64,000 nt of DNA, from contig OZ024740.1 in assembly GCA_964016885.1 (NCBI GenBank), positions 379,812,001-379,876,000 on the forward strand, read 5' to 3'. The notes below the pieces were generated by a model that saw nothing but the letters and a program-made list of their open reading frames with translations, had not been told where the DNA came from and did not search any database. The translations under genes were made by a program, and so were the position numbers. Of the stretch, positions 1-13,000 are shown in pieces; positions within the stretch are counted from its first letter, which is position 1, and each line of letters starts with the position of its first letter. This DNA is from Eledone cirrhosa. Its lineage: Eukaryota.

Positions 1-1
1 C

Positions 2-148
2 ACCCAAGACACCCCCACCCCACTAGACCCCACCCCACCAAACATCTCGGTCCCCAACCCGCCGGAAACCACTACTCACCCAGACAACCCCTCCAACACC
101 TCCATAGAAATCGTGCAGCCTGGTCCCCAGGAGACGAAGGGTGAGTGA
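2..148 (+). pseudogene. 3' end of LINE ORF1 (Pro/Thr-rich tail)
   Basis: Open frame TQDTPTPLDPTPPNISVPNPPETTTHPDNPSNTSIEIVQPGPQETKGE* just upstream of the ORF2 ATG. The frame is uncertain because frame 1 is also open to 144. Confidence 0.5.
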
Positions 149-181
149 TTTCTTTCCCTCTTTTAACTTTTCAGCACCATC

Positions 182-3100
182 ATGGCCAATATAAGAGTTG
201 GATGTGTGAACGTACGCGGCCTGGGGATGCCTTGGAAACAGGGCAAACTCTTAAACACCTCAGGTCGCACAGTATGGATGTAGTAGCCATTTGCGAGTCC
301 AGGATCCACAGCGAGCGACAGCTAGCCCCCATCTTCGATGACATTGAGATCTACGCATCTCTCTGTCGGCCGGGGGTGGGGGCGGGGTTGCCGTTTTGCT
401 GCGAAAACACCTGGGCCTCGTAACACAGACGGTACATCTGAACCCGGAGGGTCGACTGGTGGTCCTAGACGTTGACGGTAGTGAAGGTGGAGCCTTCAGG
501 CTGGCGGCTGCATATGCCCCATCCGGGACACTGCGGCCAGACTTCTTCAAACGTCTAGAGACTTTTCTGGGAACGTCCCGCTCTTTGCTTTTAGTGGGGG
601 ACTGGAATGGAATCCTAGATGCACGTTGGGACTATGTGGGAGCATGTCCCGATAAAGGGGGGTGTAACAGCCTCAAACAGTTAATCGATCGATTTGACCT
701 GGCCGATAGATATCGACTAGATTTTCCGATTGTGCCACTGTGGACGTGGACTAATCTTAGCGGAACATCTAGATCGTACCTAGATAGGTTCTAGTTAGAA
801 ATAAGGATAGAGACATGTTAAGCTGTCCACAAATGACCTATTCAGATCACAAACTAGTGACCTGCATGTCCAACCTTGATAGATCCCATAGACAAGGACC
901 CGGCTACTGGAAGCTGAACTTGTCGTTACCGACATGTAAAGCTTACAGTAGACGGATTAGCACTTTAGTTAAACAGCACTTGACAGGGGCCATTGTCAAC
1001 AACAGATGGTGGTACTCTCTCAAGAGGGCAGTTAGATTAGACTCGTTAGTTTTTAGTAAAGAATTAGCGTTAGATAGAAATAGAACCGAGAAGGAACTGG
1101 TAGATAAAGTAGAAGAGGCAATTAGAAGTGGCAACATAGCCAGCGTGCTAGCAACGAGAACGGCCTTGGACCAGTTCTTCGACGCAAAGCATGAGGGCTG
1201 CGTTGTCAGAAGCAAAATACGTGCTCTGGGAAACAAAGGAGCCAAAGCTGTTAGCTGGGCCGGAGTGACGGAGGCAAAAAGTGGCAACAACTCCACGATT
1301 CGGTCTTTGAAGGACCAAAACGGACGCGTGATACGTGAGCCAAAGCAGATGTGTGCGGCCTTTCAGCGGCACTTTGCTCAACTGTTCGGGCAGGGCGGCG
1401 CGCCGGGAGAGGCTATGCATTTCGGTCCATACCTCGACGGCCTACCGCGACTCTCGGACAGCGAGACAAAGTTCTGCGAAAGGTCGATTTCAGCCGCTGA
1501 GATAGGGGACGCGCTGAGCCAATGCTGCAAACGCAAATCTCCAGGTCTCGACGGTCTACCCTACGAATTTTACGTAGCAATGCCGGACTTATTCTCCGGT
1601 CTCCTGGAAGCGGTCTACTGCAACTGGCAACAGAACGGGAGAATTCCCAGTTCTGTGACCGGGGGCGTAGTCACACTAGTCAGGAAGGACGAGAATAAGG
1701 GGGATGACATAGGCAGCTTCCGGCCCATAACTCTGCTAAACACAGAGTTACAGATGTTGGCCAAGGTGTTGGCAAAGAGGCTGGCGCTTGTCGTCGAGAA
1801 CCTGGTGGGAGAAGCGCAGACATGCGCAATCCCGACCAGGTCCATACACGACAACCTTCACCTCATGCAATACATCATAGAGAGGGTAGGGTGTAAACCC
1901 GGTTTCGGTGGGGCCCTGATCAACTTGGATCAGTCTAAGGTTTTCGATAGGGTTGACCATCGTTACCTGGATGCGGTGCTCGAGGCGGCAGGCTTCGGAC
2001 CCGTGTTCAGGGGCTGGATTGCTGCAATGCACAACAGCAACATCTGCTCAAGGGTCAAGGTGAACGGCTACCTCTCGGAGCCGTTCCATATCACGCGATC
2101 CATTCGACAGGGATGCCCTCTCTCCTCCCTTCTGTACGTACTTACTCTCGAGCCACTACTGCGGAAGTTGGAGCTATTGCAGGGCATCCCTCTGGAGCCG
2201 GCCTACGCCGACGACGTGACAGTAATGGTGTCGAGCGCCTCGCAAATCGAGGAAGTCGGTACTTTACTGAACGAATACGAAAGTTTCACAGGAGCGAAGC
2301 TGAACCGGGACAAGTCCATCGGTTTGCAACTCGGATCGTGGAGAGGCAAACCGATGCCTTCCGATGGCGTCGTCGGACGCTGGACGGAAGGACCGGTAAA
2401 GCTGCTCGGGATCTGGTTTGGTCCGGACCTCCAGGTGGAGAAGAACTGGAAAGAGGTGACGGCCAAGGTGTTTGCACTCACCCAGAAGTGGGCCGAGTGC
2501 AAACTATCCTTGAAAGGTCGAGCGGAGGTGGCGAACACTTTTATAGCGTCCGCCATCTACTACCGCTTGACCGTCGTGCCTTGTCCAGTCAAAATCTCAC
2601 CAAAATGGAGCGCGCGCTCTTCCAATTCCTTTGGAAGAGGCGGGCTCCTTTGGTGAGAAGATCCATCTACTGCCAACACCCTTCCAACTGAGAGCTGGGG
2701 ATGCAGTGGCTGACGATGCGCAAACACGCGCTCAGGCTGCGGCATCTCTACGTATTCCTCACCGGACAACCGGTGGGGGCCCCGTTCGTGAGACGAGCCT
2801 TCCCACGACTCGTCTCGCTCACCGAGCTACAGTCTTGGGTTAAGCAAAGACCGAGTAAAATGGGCGACTGGCACATCGAATGTGCTCAGGCGCTCACAGC
2901 CCTCTGGCAGGCGGACCCGGCGATCAGTGGAAACTCCACTTCGTCATTCTATAGAGGGTTGATCCGCAGCAAGTGCGATGACGCGCTCGGTGAAACTCTA
3001 GGCGTAGAGGAAGATGAACTGGCCAGTCTGTTCGGTAGGACCTTCCGCCCGGGACCGATGGACAACTTCCAAAAGTCCCTGGCCTGGCAGTGCTACCAGT

Positions 3101-3571
3101 TCCTGACAAGCTCTACAGACATGGGCTCCCGGGCAGGGACCCTGCAAAAGAGATCTGTCCGAGGTGCGTGCGAGACGAAGAAACAGTCGCGCACGCATTC
3201 ACACACTGCCCGGGCGTCACCGACCTGTGGGGCTATGTAGAACGACTATTGTCGCGGGTGGGACCAATCCGGTTGACCACCGAGTCCATTGTTATGATCA
3301 AACCGCCACCCTCCTTCAAAAACGAAGGAGAGGCGGTTTTTCTTTGTGTGATAGCTATGGCGAAAGAGGTTTATGATGGACAAGGTTGAAAGGGCTGAGG
3401 TCAGACACCTTTCTCTCCGGCCAACAACTGATTCTTTTTTTCAAATACCACTTTGGAAGAAGAATCAGGATGGACAGAGAGGTGCTGTACCCCAGCAAGT
3501 TTTATGAAAGGTGGGTGAAAGTGGCGAGAATGGCCCAAGTGAATGGGCCTTCTCTCTATATCAGCCTGTAG
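182..3571 (+). pseudogene. LINE ORF2 (APE endonuclease + reverse transcriptase + zinc knuckle), frameshifted
   Basis: APE motifs MANIRVGCVNVRGL (ATG 182), VVAICES, AYAP, VGDWN, SYLDRF* and SDH. RT motifs KSPGLDG, FRPITLLN, LDQSKVFDRV, RQGCPLS and YADD. Knuckle CPRC..EETVAHAFTHC. Several frameshifts and a stop at 792-794. Confidence 0.92.
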
Positions 3572-3810
3572 GTTGAGGAAAAGGAGGAGGAGAGGAAGGG
3601 AGTACAAACTCTACGTACTCCTGGAGATGAGGGTTGCACATTTTTTTCGGGGGTATGTGTTACCCATATGAACTGTCTCCCCCTATTGGGGAAAATCGAC
3701 TAATTTTTAAATTGCATTTGTGATAATATTTTACACGTTTTTATTGTATGTAAACTTCCCTCTTTGTATTTATCCCCTTCTTTTGTGCCCCTGTGGCTAA
3801 TAAAGAAATG

Positions 3811-4019
<209 letters not shown>

Positions 4020-4536
4020 CGATCTAACTATGTCTAAGAATGTGTGTGTGTGTGCATGTGAGTGTGGGAAAGAGAGAGTGTGGTGGTGGAGGGTTAAAGA
4101 CTGAATGTGATAAGAATAAATATATAAAAGACAAAAAAAAAACACAAAGTGTGGTATTAAGAGAGCATATGGATTTTCATATTCGGTAATTTGATTGCCT
4201 TATGGGATATCTAGCAGATGTGTTTGTGTATGTACGTATGTATATGCATGTGTATATACATGCGCGACAGTAAAACACATATTAATAGCTTAGCACCAAT
4301 ATGAACAGATGTGTTTTTGTCCCTTGAGATTAGCATCTACACCAATCTGTTGCCTTACTTCACAATATCTCACCCTGTCTAGACCCCAGATTCAGATCAG
4401 TTGCCCAGCAAGACAGTACATATAAGAACCCCCTTCTGAGCACTTTGTGTAAATTACTGCTTCGTTATCGTTTACTTGTCAATATTTGCTGATGAGATAA
4501 AGGATGAGACGAATAAGAGAAAGAGAGCGAGGGGGT

Positions 4537-4537
<1 letters not shown>

Positions 4538-4615
<78 letters not shown>

Positions 4616-4620
4616 GAGAG
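4538..4620. repeat. (GA)n microsatellite
   Basis: Read directly from the sequence. Confidence 0.97.
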
Positions 4621-4879
4621 AAAGAAAGAAAGAGATAGAGCGAAAGAGAAAGAAAGAGGAATAAAGTGAGATAGATAGAAAGAGAAAGAGAGAAAGCAAG
4701 AATGAGAAAGAAAAAAGTGGGTTGGATCTAAATGATAAAGATGAGTTAGGATTTCCATTAAATCACCGACATTATCATAATTACAACTATTACTAAGAAT
4801 GTTGTCGTTGTTGCTGTTTAGGCTCCGAATACGACCCAAGTTGTTCCAACCCTGACCCTTGTTTATGCATAACAAGGAA

Positions 4880-5245
4880 TACATTTTATAATGTGTCTTA
4901 TTTATTTGTGACGTACTCGTGCCTGTATATTAGCCACACAGGGCACATTATTCGATTGTGCGCAGCAACGCCCTGCCGATTGCTAATCTTGGCAAGTAAC
5001 TAAAGAGTGATGAATCATGAATAGTGACGACATCAAAGGTGTTTACTGATATTTCGGGTTCATGTTAAACTTTTTGCTTTAAGTCCGTAGGTTTCTTGGG
5101 ATTGCATGGACGTTCCTGCCACATACACGCAAGTAATTTCTAGAACCCACAGGTTTGTCCCGTACTGATGACAAAAGATCAGGTATATGGCACTGTTTTG
5201 GAGTAGAAGATACTGTCTACTCTGGAGTCTGTTGTCGTAAGTCAT
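4880..5245 (-). mobile_element. possible decayed Penelope-like element 3' end
   Basis: Minus-strand SAIYLIFCHQYG resembles a GIY-YIG 'IY.I.C..CG' segment. Downstream lie a GTGCC-CTGT/ACAG-GCAC stem, GAGTACGTC and AATAAA. Confidence 0.3.
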
Positions 5246-5582
5246 AGTTGTGCTGTCTTTGTGGGTTATCGCGCATTATCGGCAGAACAGATAAAGCAGA
5301 CCTGTCAACTCTCACTGTCCGACGGCGAGATATCTCACTCATTTTGGGGTGAGAGAGAGATGTCTTCTCTTGTGAAAATGGGTATAGTTTTCATTATGTA
5401 AAATCTCCGCATTGTGCCTCATTTCTCCACTTTTTTCATAAATATTTTGAGACAACAGGTGAACGGCAAATAAGCATTTGGTGCTGTGAAATAATATCAC
5501 TTTCCAGTGTATGAGGCAATGCTGCCAACGCCCTCTCTTGTTTTCACTAATGGTTTTGATGACTACTATATATATATTATAT

Positions 5583-5752
<170 letters not shown>

Positions 5753-7087
5753 TTATATCAAACCATCAATATGCATATACCTCGTTGTTATCGATACAGG
5801 GTCTTAATGAGTACATCACTGAATATCTGGTCCCGGTGATGACTGCCCTATCTAAATTTAACAACCAGAGGTCATTAACTAAGTGACATTGCTGTATAAC
5901 TGCTTCAAGCTAACTGTGAAAGAAGACGCCATAACAACCAAGCAATCTTGTTTTTAGTGTTCCCTCAAATCTGTTGTAGTATTGTATAGATCGTTTTGAC
6001 TTTGAAAGAACCTGTTTGTTTGTAACTGTTTGGTGCCTTTCTATTTTTAGAAATCGCTGAAGTTGAGGACCAAGTTTGTGGGCTGTTTTTTCGTTTTTGT
6101 ATTTTGCAGGGATCCATATCACTATTTTTTCTTTTGTTATTGTTTGTGTTCTTGTTGGTGCCTTTGTTGTTGCTATATTTGTTGGTTTAGTTGCTTTCGT
6201 TATTGTTTGGTGTTATTGTGAGAGTTACAGTGGATGACTAGTTTGCAAGCTTACTTTACACATTTTTCAGTCTACACGGAGTAGATGTATCAATCATTCG
6301 TAGTTTTTCTGTTCATGCACCTATATTGAATGCTTCCTTTTGCATGTGTATTCCCTTTCTTTGTTGAAAGAGAAAGATGGAAGAATGGGAGAGATAGCGA
6401 TATAGAGAGATGTAGTCTTTGTGCCTCTATCTGAATTCTCATATATTTTTAAGCGAACGCCCCTCCCTCGACCGTGTGACTTTTGCTAATGGCATTGCTT
6501 TGTTTCTATTGGCTTGGACGGTGGTAGTAAAACTGTTGCTTGTGATGATAGAGATGTAAGGGTGGAAGCTCTGTTGCTACTGCTATTATCTGTTTTCACT
6601 ATTGTCTCCGTTTTTACATGCATTTCAGCGATACTAATAGCAATTGGTGGTTTTATGATCTGGTGTTGTTTGCTTTTCTGTATTTAATATTTTCCCTAGG
6701 AAATTGAACAAGAGGCGGAAAAATTTCATTTTTTAATAATGGAGAGAAGTTTATTTTCTATTGTTTCATCCTCTTCTTTGCATGTTCTCTTGCTATCACA
6801 TTCGTTATATAAAGCCATTTAGAAATGTGTTACGTTTGAAAAAACGGTTTGTCGACACATTTATTTAAAATTAAGTAGTGTACCATATAAGGTAGGAAAA
6901 ATCCCAAATAATCCCATTTTTCTCTTATAGTCAAAACAATATGCACATAATATATTATAATGAATTTTCAAATAGCTAACAACAACCGTTTTCCGATTTA
7001 CGAAACATCAGAAATACATAGTACTCAGTCAAGAAACAACAACAACTATAATGGTGATGATGATGATGGTAATAATAATAATAATAA

Positions 7088-7292
7088 TTTCTACCAGAAG
7101 CACAAGGCCAGCAATTTGGGTGAGGGGAAAGTCGGTTAAATCGACCCCAGTGCATTACTGGTGCTTTATTTTATCGAACCCGTATGGATGAAAAGTAAAG
7201 CGAATATCGACGGGATTTGAACTCAGAATGTAAAGGGCCATAACTGTATGTCGTGAAGCATGGTGTCCGAAACTCTACTGATACTACCAATA
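7088..7292 (-). mobile_element. tRNA-derived SINE (family A)
   Basis: Minus-strand A-box-like TGGTAGTATCAGTAG and B-box GAGTTCAAATCC. Homologous to the copies at 8521, 33824, 36479, 36854 and 59432. Confidence 0.85.
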
Positions 7293-7295
7293 ATA

Positions 7296-8470
7296 TATAA
7301 ATCACCCCCAGAATACCATGCTAGAACGATGGCAAGAAGAATCCTGAAAAAGCTGCATAGAGAGGAAGTAGACAAGCAAAACTCACAAAACTGGCTACAA
7401 AGCCCTAGAATAAAAGCCGAGACTGAAGGATTTCTAATCACAGCACAAGACCAAAGCTCCCCACCAGAAGTACATAATAAAGCAGAAATCATTACGTAAC
7501 TACAGAATATGTGGAGGCAAAGAAGAACAATTTACCATATTATCTATGGCTACAACAGTCTTAGCCAAAAAGCAATACATTCACAAACATGATAGAGTTG
7601 GGATTTACATACACTGGAAGTTATGCAAACACTATGAAATGCCAACAGAAAAAAAAGATGGTATAGACATACACCAGAACAGATGTCAGAGAATGACAAA
7701 GCAATCATAATCGATATGCCAATACATATGCAGACAGGGGATAAAAGTCTCCCAACCAGATATTATAGTCAAAATCACAAAGAAAAACATGTCTTCTGTA
7801 TGTACCTTCACTGGTTAATTAGCAACAATATGGATACCAGGTGTCCGTTGTCATCGGAGGTTTGGGCTCGATACCACTAAAACTGAACGTCTATTTAAGC
7901 AAATAGACTTTCTTCTTCTTCTTCTTCTTCTTCTTCTTCTTCTTCTTCTTCTTCTTCTTCTTCTTCTTCTTCTCCTCCTCCCACGTATTCCTGAGAGGGT
8001 CGTGGGGAGGGGAAAGAGTCTTCAAGCCCACCTTCCAGCGGATCCTGTCAGAAGCAACCGTCTCCAACTGATCCGGCTGGTTCCTCCAGTAAATCCAGCC
8101 GAGCCCATTGATGTTATCTAACCATCTTGTTTGGGCTCTACCCCTGGGTCTCCTGCAAGTTGGTCTGCCCGTAAAATCTGTCCAGCGAGTCTTTCCTTTG
8201 ACATTCTAACCACATATCCGTACTATCGTAGCTGTGATCTCTCAATTCGGTGAAGTAGCGGCTCTACTTGGAGCGAATATCTGATCACCGAACTACGTAC
8301 TTTATCGAGTAAAGTTACTCCAAAGACACTTCGGAGGGACAAGCAAATATACCACGAATCACTAAATTGCTCTCCTACAAAAGGCTACTCTGTTAGACAC
8401 TGCACATGTGCGCGGGAAAGTATTGTCTGTCCAATGTCCTTCATGAGACACGACAGTCAGTAGAGGATCA
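7296..8470 (+). mobile_element. R4/Dong-like (RLE) LINE 3' fragment, interrupted by an RTE insertion
   Basis: Motifs KAETEGFLITAQDQS, HDRVGIYIHWKLCKHY, DMPIH and VVIGGLGSIP, then LQKATLLDTAHV after 8352. These are typical C-terminal motifs of the R4 clade. Confidence 0.8.
7909..8340 (-). mobile_element. 5'-truncated RTE-clade LINE with (GAA)n tail and target-site duplication
   Basis: Minus strand encodes LRSVFGVTLLDKVRSSVIR..IERSQLR*YGYVVRM..RRPRGRAQTRWLDNI. Tail is (TTC)n on + at 7909-7971. TSD AAGCAAATA(g/t)AC at 7897-7908 and 8341-8352. Confidence 0.88.
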
Positions 8471-8520
8471 AATAATTATCATATTTATTAAGTAAACCAT
8501 CAATAACAACAACAATAATA

Positions 8521-8706
8521 ATTGTTTCTACTTTTAGCACAAAGCCAGCAATTACCCAGTGCATTACTGGTATTTTATTTTATCGATCCCGTAAGGATGA
8601 AAGGCAAAGCTAACCTCGGTGGGGTTTGAACTCAGAATTGCAAGGGCCGTAACTCTATGCTGTAAAGCATGGTGTCCGACCCTCTACCGATACTGCCAAT
8701 CTACCA
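8521..8706 (-). mobile_element. tRNA-derived SINE (family A)
   Basis: Homologous to the other copies. The minus-strand GCCTTTCATCCTTACGGGATCGATAAAA..ACCAG segment resembles the Deu/Nin SINE central domain. Confidence 0.88.
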
Positions 8707-10038
8707 ATGACACCATTCACATAGTCTATTTTCTTAAATAATACACCACATTGTAACAGGGTATCTTACACTCGCTTTTTCAAAATATTCTTCCATTTTC
8801 AATAGCATAGCAACGCTATTACACATAATATTGACAACCAGCTTCACGCTCTTAGAGATAAACAAAGCTCTATGGTACTTATACGAACTGCCAACTATCT
8901 TAGAAAAAGACAATGCCAAGATAGAATTTCTCAAACAAACGACCTGCTAGTTCATAATACGCTTGGCATCATCCTCCATGACAAATTCACAATAGTAATT
9001 TTATAATCGGAAAAAAAGTATCAGATAACTATAATATTTTGCTGATGTAGGCTGAGAAAAATGAAGGAATCACCGATTTTGCAGTTAAGTACTGGAATAA
9101 TGCATAACCACTTGATTAAAGTTATTGACAGATAAGCATAGGGACGTTTGGGAAAATAGCAGAACTATGATTTGTAAATATAATTGAGTCATTCAGGCAT
9201 AATATTTAATTACCTTAAACATAATATTTTTAATGATTCTTTAAAATCTACACCTAATCCGTTTTCATGGAAGAGATGGTATTTTTGATTTATGATTTGA
9301 TGTGTGTATCAAATCATAAATAATAAATATGTTACTGATACTTCCATTCACGTCTTCAATTCAACATTCCTCATCTCAATCACCGCTATCATCATTACTA
9401 CTACAGGAATTAGTCATTATTTAAATTGTTGTTATTGTCTTCATAAAATTACCATCATCATTGTCATGATTATCATTACAATTATTGCCGTCGTCATGTC
9501 GCTGGTAACACACCTCCTCATTTTTATCCACCTTCTATCACATTACTGCCCCCATTACCAACCTTTCTTCCTCCCCTACATCATTATCGTCTTTAGTAAC
9601 CATATTTCACACATTTGTTGTAATTAGATCAACCCCCACGTAATAACACGAAAATTACTACTACTACTACTACTACTAGCTGCTGTCGGATTTTAAATTG
9701 ATATTGCAGCAGCAGCAGATGATTCTGATGACTCTGAGAACAATTTCAACGAAAACATCAATATGAATAGTTATTAATCAATACGAATAACACACAACAT
9801 TGTCTTTAAAAAGGATGCATTAGATAGTATAGTCCTGAATATATTAAATACCAAACAAAAAGGGCATATGTTCATGGCTGGAACGTGGATTGAATGATGA
9901 ATAGTCATGTAACAAAAAATATAGAAATAGTGACGTGCAGAGGCTGATAGAAATAATAAAAATATATAGAAGAACCAGCGGAAAATAAACAACATGCATA
10001 AAAATAGAAACAACGACAACATCACAAACAAACCAATT

Positions 10039-13000
10039 TGGAACCAGAACAAACTGTAACACAGGAAGTCGAAAACATACCATCGTCTTATCATGGAATC
10101 ACAACAAACTGTAACACAGGAAGTCAAAAACATACCATTGTCATACCATGGAACCACAACAAACTGTAACACAGGAAGTCGAAAACATACCATCGTCTTA
10201 TCATGGAATCACAACAAACTGTAACACAGGAAGTCAAAAACATACCATTGTCATACCATGGAACCACAACAAACTGTAACACAGGAAGTCGAAAACATAC
10301 CATCGTCTTATCATGGAACCACAACAAACTGTAACACAGGAAGTCGAAAGCACACCATCGTCTTACCATGGAACCACAACAAACTGTAACACAGGAAGTC
10401 AAAAACATACCATTGTCATACCATGGAACCACAACAAACTGTAACACAGGAAGTCGAAAGCATACCATCGTCTTACCATGGAACCACAACAAACTGTAAC
10501 ACAGGAAGTCGAAAACATACCATCGTCTTACCATGGAACCACAACAAACTGTAACACAGGAAGTCGAAAACAAACCATCGTCTTACCATGGAACCACAAC
10601 AAACTGTAACACAGGAAGTCGAAAACATACCATCGTCTTACCATGGAACCACAACAAACTGTAACACAGGAAGTCGAAAGCATACCATCGTCTTGTCATG
10701 GAACCACCACAAACTGTAACACAGGAAGTCGAAAGCATACCATCGGCTTACCATGGAACCACAACAAACTGTAACACAGGATCTCGAAAGCATACCATCG
10801 TCTTATCATGGAACCACAACAAACTGTAACACAGGAAGTCGAAAGCATACCATCGTCTTACCATGGAACCACAACAAACTGTAACACAGGAAGTCGAAAG
10901 CATACCATCGTCTTATCATGGAACCACAACAAACTGTAACACAGGAAGTCGAAAGCATACCATCGTCTTATCATGGAAACACAACAAACTGTAACACAGG
11001 AAGTCGAAAGCATACCATCGTCTTACCATGGAACCACAACAAACTGTAACACAGGAAGTCGAAAGCATACCATCGGCTTACCATGGAACCACAACAAACT
11101 GTAACACAGGATGTCGAAAGCATACCATCGTCTTATCATTAAACCACAACAAACTGTAACACAGGAAGTCGAAAGCATACCATCGTCTTACCATGGAACC
11201 ACAACAAACTGTAACACAGGAAGTCGAAAGCATACCATCGTCTTATCATGGAACCACAACAAACTGTAACACAGGAAGTCGAAAGCATACCATCGTCTTA
11301 TCATGGAAACACAACAAACTGTAACACAGGAAGTCGAAAGCATACCATCGTCTTACCATGGAACCACAACAAACTGTAATACAGGAAGTCGAAAGCATAC
11401 CATCGTCTTACCATGGAACCACAACAAACTGTAACACAGGAAGTAGAAAGCATACCATCGTCTTATCATGGAACCACAACAAACTGTAACACAGGAAGTC
11501 GAAAGCATACCATCGTCTTATCATGGAACCACAACAAACTGTAACACAGGAAGTCGAAAGCATACCATCGTCTTACCATGGAACCACAACAAACTGTAAC
11601 ACAGGAAGTCGAAAGCATACCATCGTCTTACCATGGAACCACAACACACTGTAACACAGGAAGTAGAAAGCATACCATCGTCTTATCATGGAACCACAAC
11701 AAACTGTAACACAGGAAGTCGAAAGCATACCATCGTCTTACAATGGAACCACAACAAACTGTAACACAGGAAGTCGAAAGCATACCATCGTCTTATCATG
11801 GAACCACAATAAACTGTAACACAGGAAGTCGAAAGCATACCATCATCTTAGCATGGAACCACAACAAACTGTAACACAGGAAGTCGAAAGCATACCATCG
11901 TCTTACCATGGAACCACAACAAACTGTAACACAGGAAGTCGAAAACATACCATCGTCTTATCATGGAACCACAACAAACTGTAACACAGGAAGTCGAAAG
12001 CATACCATCGTCTTACCATGGAACCACCACAAACTGTAACACAGGAAGTCGAAAGCATACCATCGTCTTACCATGGAACCACAACAAACTGTAACACAGG
12101 AAGTCGAAAACATACCATCGTCTTATCATAGAACCACCACAAACTGTAACACAGGAAGTCGAAAGCATACCATCGTCTTACCATGGAACCACAACAAACT
12201 GTAACACAGGAAGTCGAAAACATACCATCGTCTTACCATGGAACCACCACAAACTGTAACACAGGAAGTCGAAAGCATACCATCGTCTTACCATGGAACC
12301 ACAACAAACTGTAACACAGGAAGTCGAAAGCATACCATCGTCTTACCATGGAACCACAACAAACTGTAACACAGGAAGTAGAAAGCATACCATCGTCTTA
12401 TCATGGAACCACAACAAACTGTAACACAGGAAGTCGAAAGCATACCATCGTCTTATCATGGAACCACAACAAACTGTAACACAGGAAGTCGAAAGCATAC
12501 CATCGTCTTACCATGGAACCACAACAAACTGTAACACAGGAAGTCGAAAGCATACCATCGTCTTACCATGGAACCACAACAAACTGTAACACAGGAAGTA
12601 GAAAGCATACCATCGTCTTATCATGGAACCACAACAAACTGTAACACAGGAAGTCGAAAGCATACCATCGTCTTACCATGGAACCACAACAAACTGTAAC
12701 ACAGGAAGTCGAAAGCATACCATCGTCTTATCATGGAACCACAATAAACTGTAACACAGGAAGTCGAAAACATACCATCATCTTAGCATGGAACCACAAC
12801 AAACTGTAACACAGGAAGTCGAAAGCATACCATCGTCTTACCATGGAACCACAACAAACTGTAACACAGGAAGTCGAAAACATACCATCGTCTTATCATG
12901 GAACCACAACAAACTGTAACACAGGAAGTCGAAAGCATACCATGGTCTTACCATGGAACCACCACAAACTGTAACACAGGAAGTCGAAAGCATACCATCG

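Larger units (their letters stand above)
1..3810 (+). mobile_element. L1/Tx1-clade non-LTR retrotransposon, degraded, 5' part outside the window
   Basis: Pro/Thr-rich ORF1 tail to about 148, then ORF2 with APE endonuclease, RT and a C-terminal CCHC knuckle. AATAAA at 3799-3804 is followed by a microsatellite. Confidence 0.93.

Noticed and set aside
260-3607. Antisense and alternative-frame ORFs overlapping the LINE
   Set aside because: These are shadow ORFs of GC-rich coding sequence.
10039-10093. Hammerhead ribozyme within the satellite monomer, as in newt satellite 2
   Set aside because: CGAAA and GTC are present but there is no CUGANGA box on either strand.
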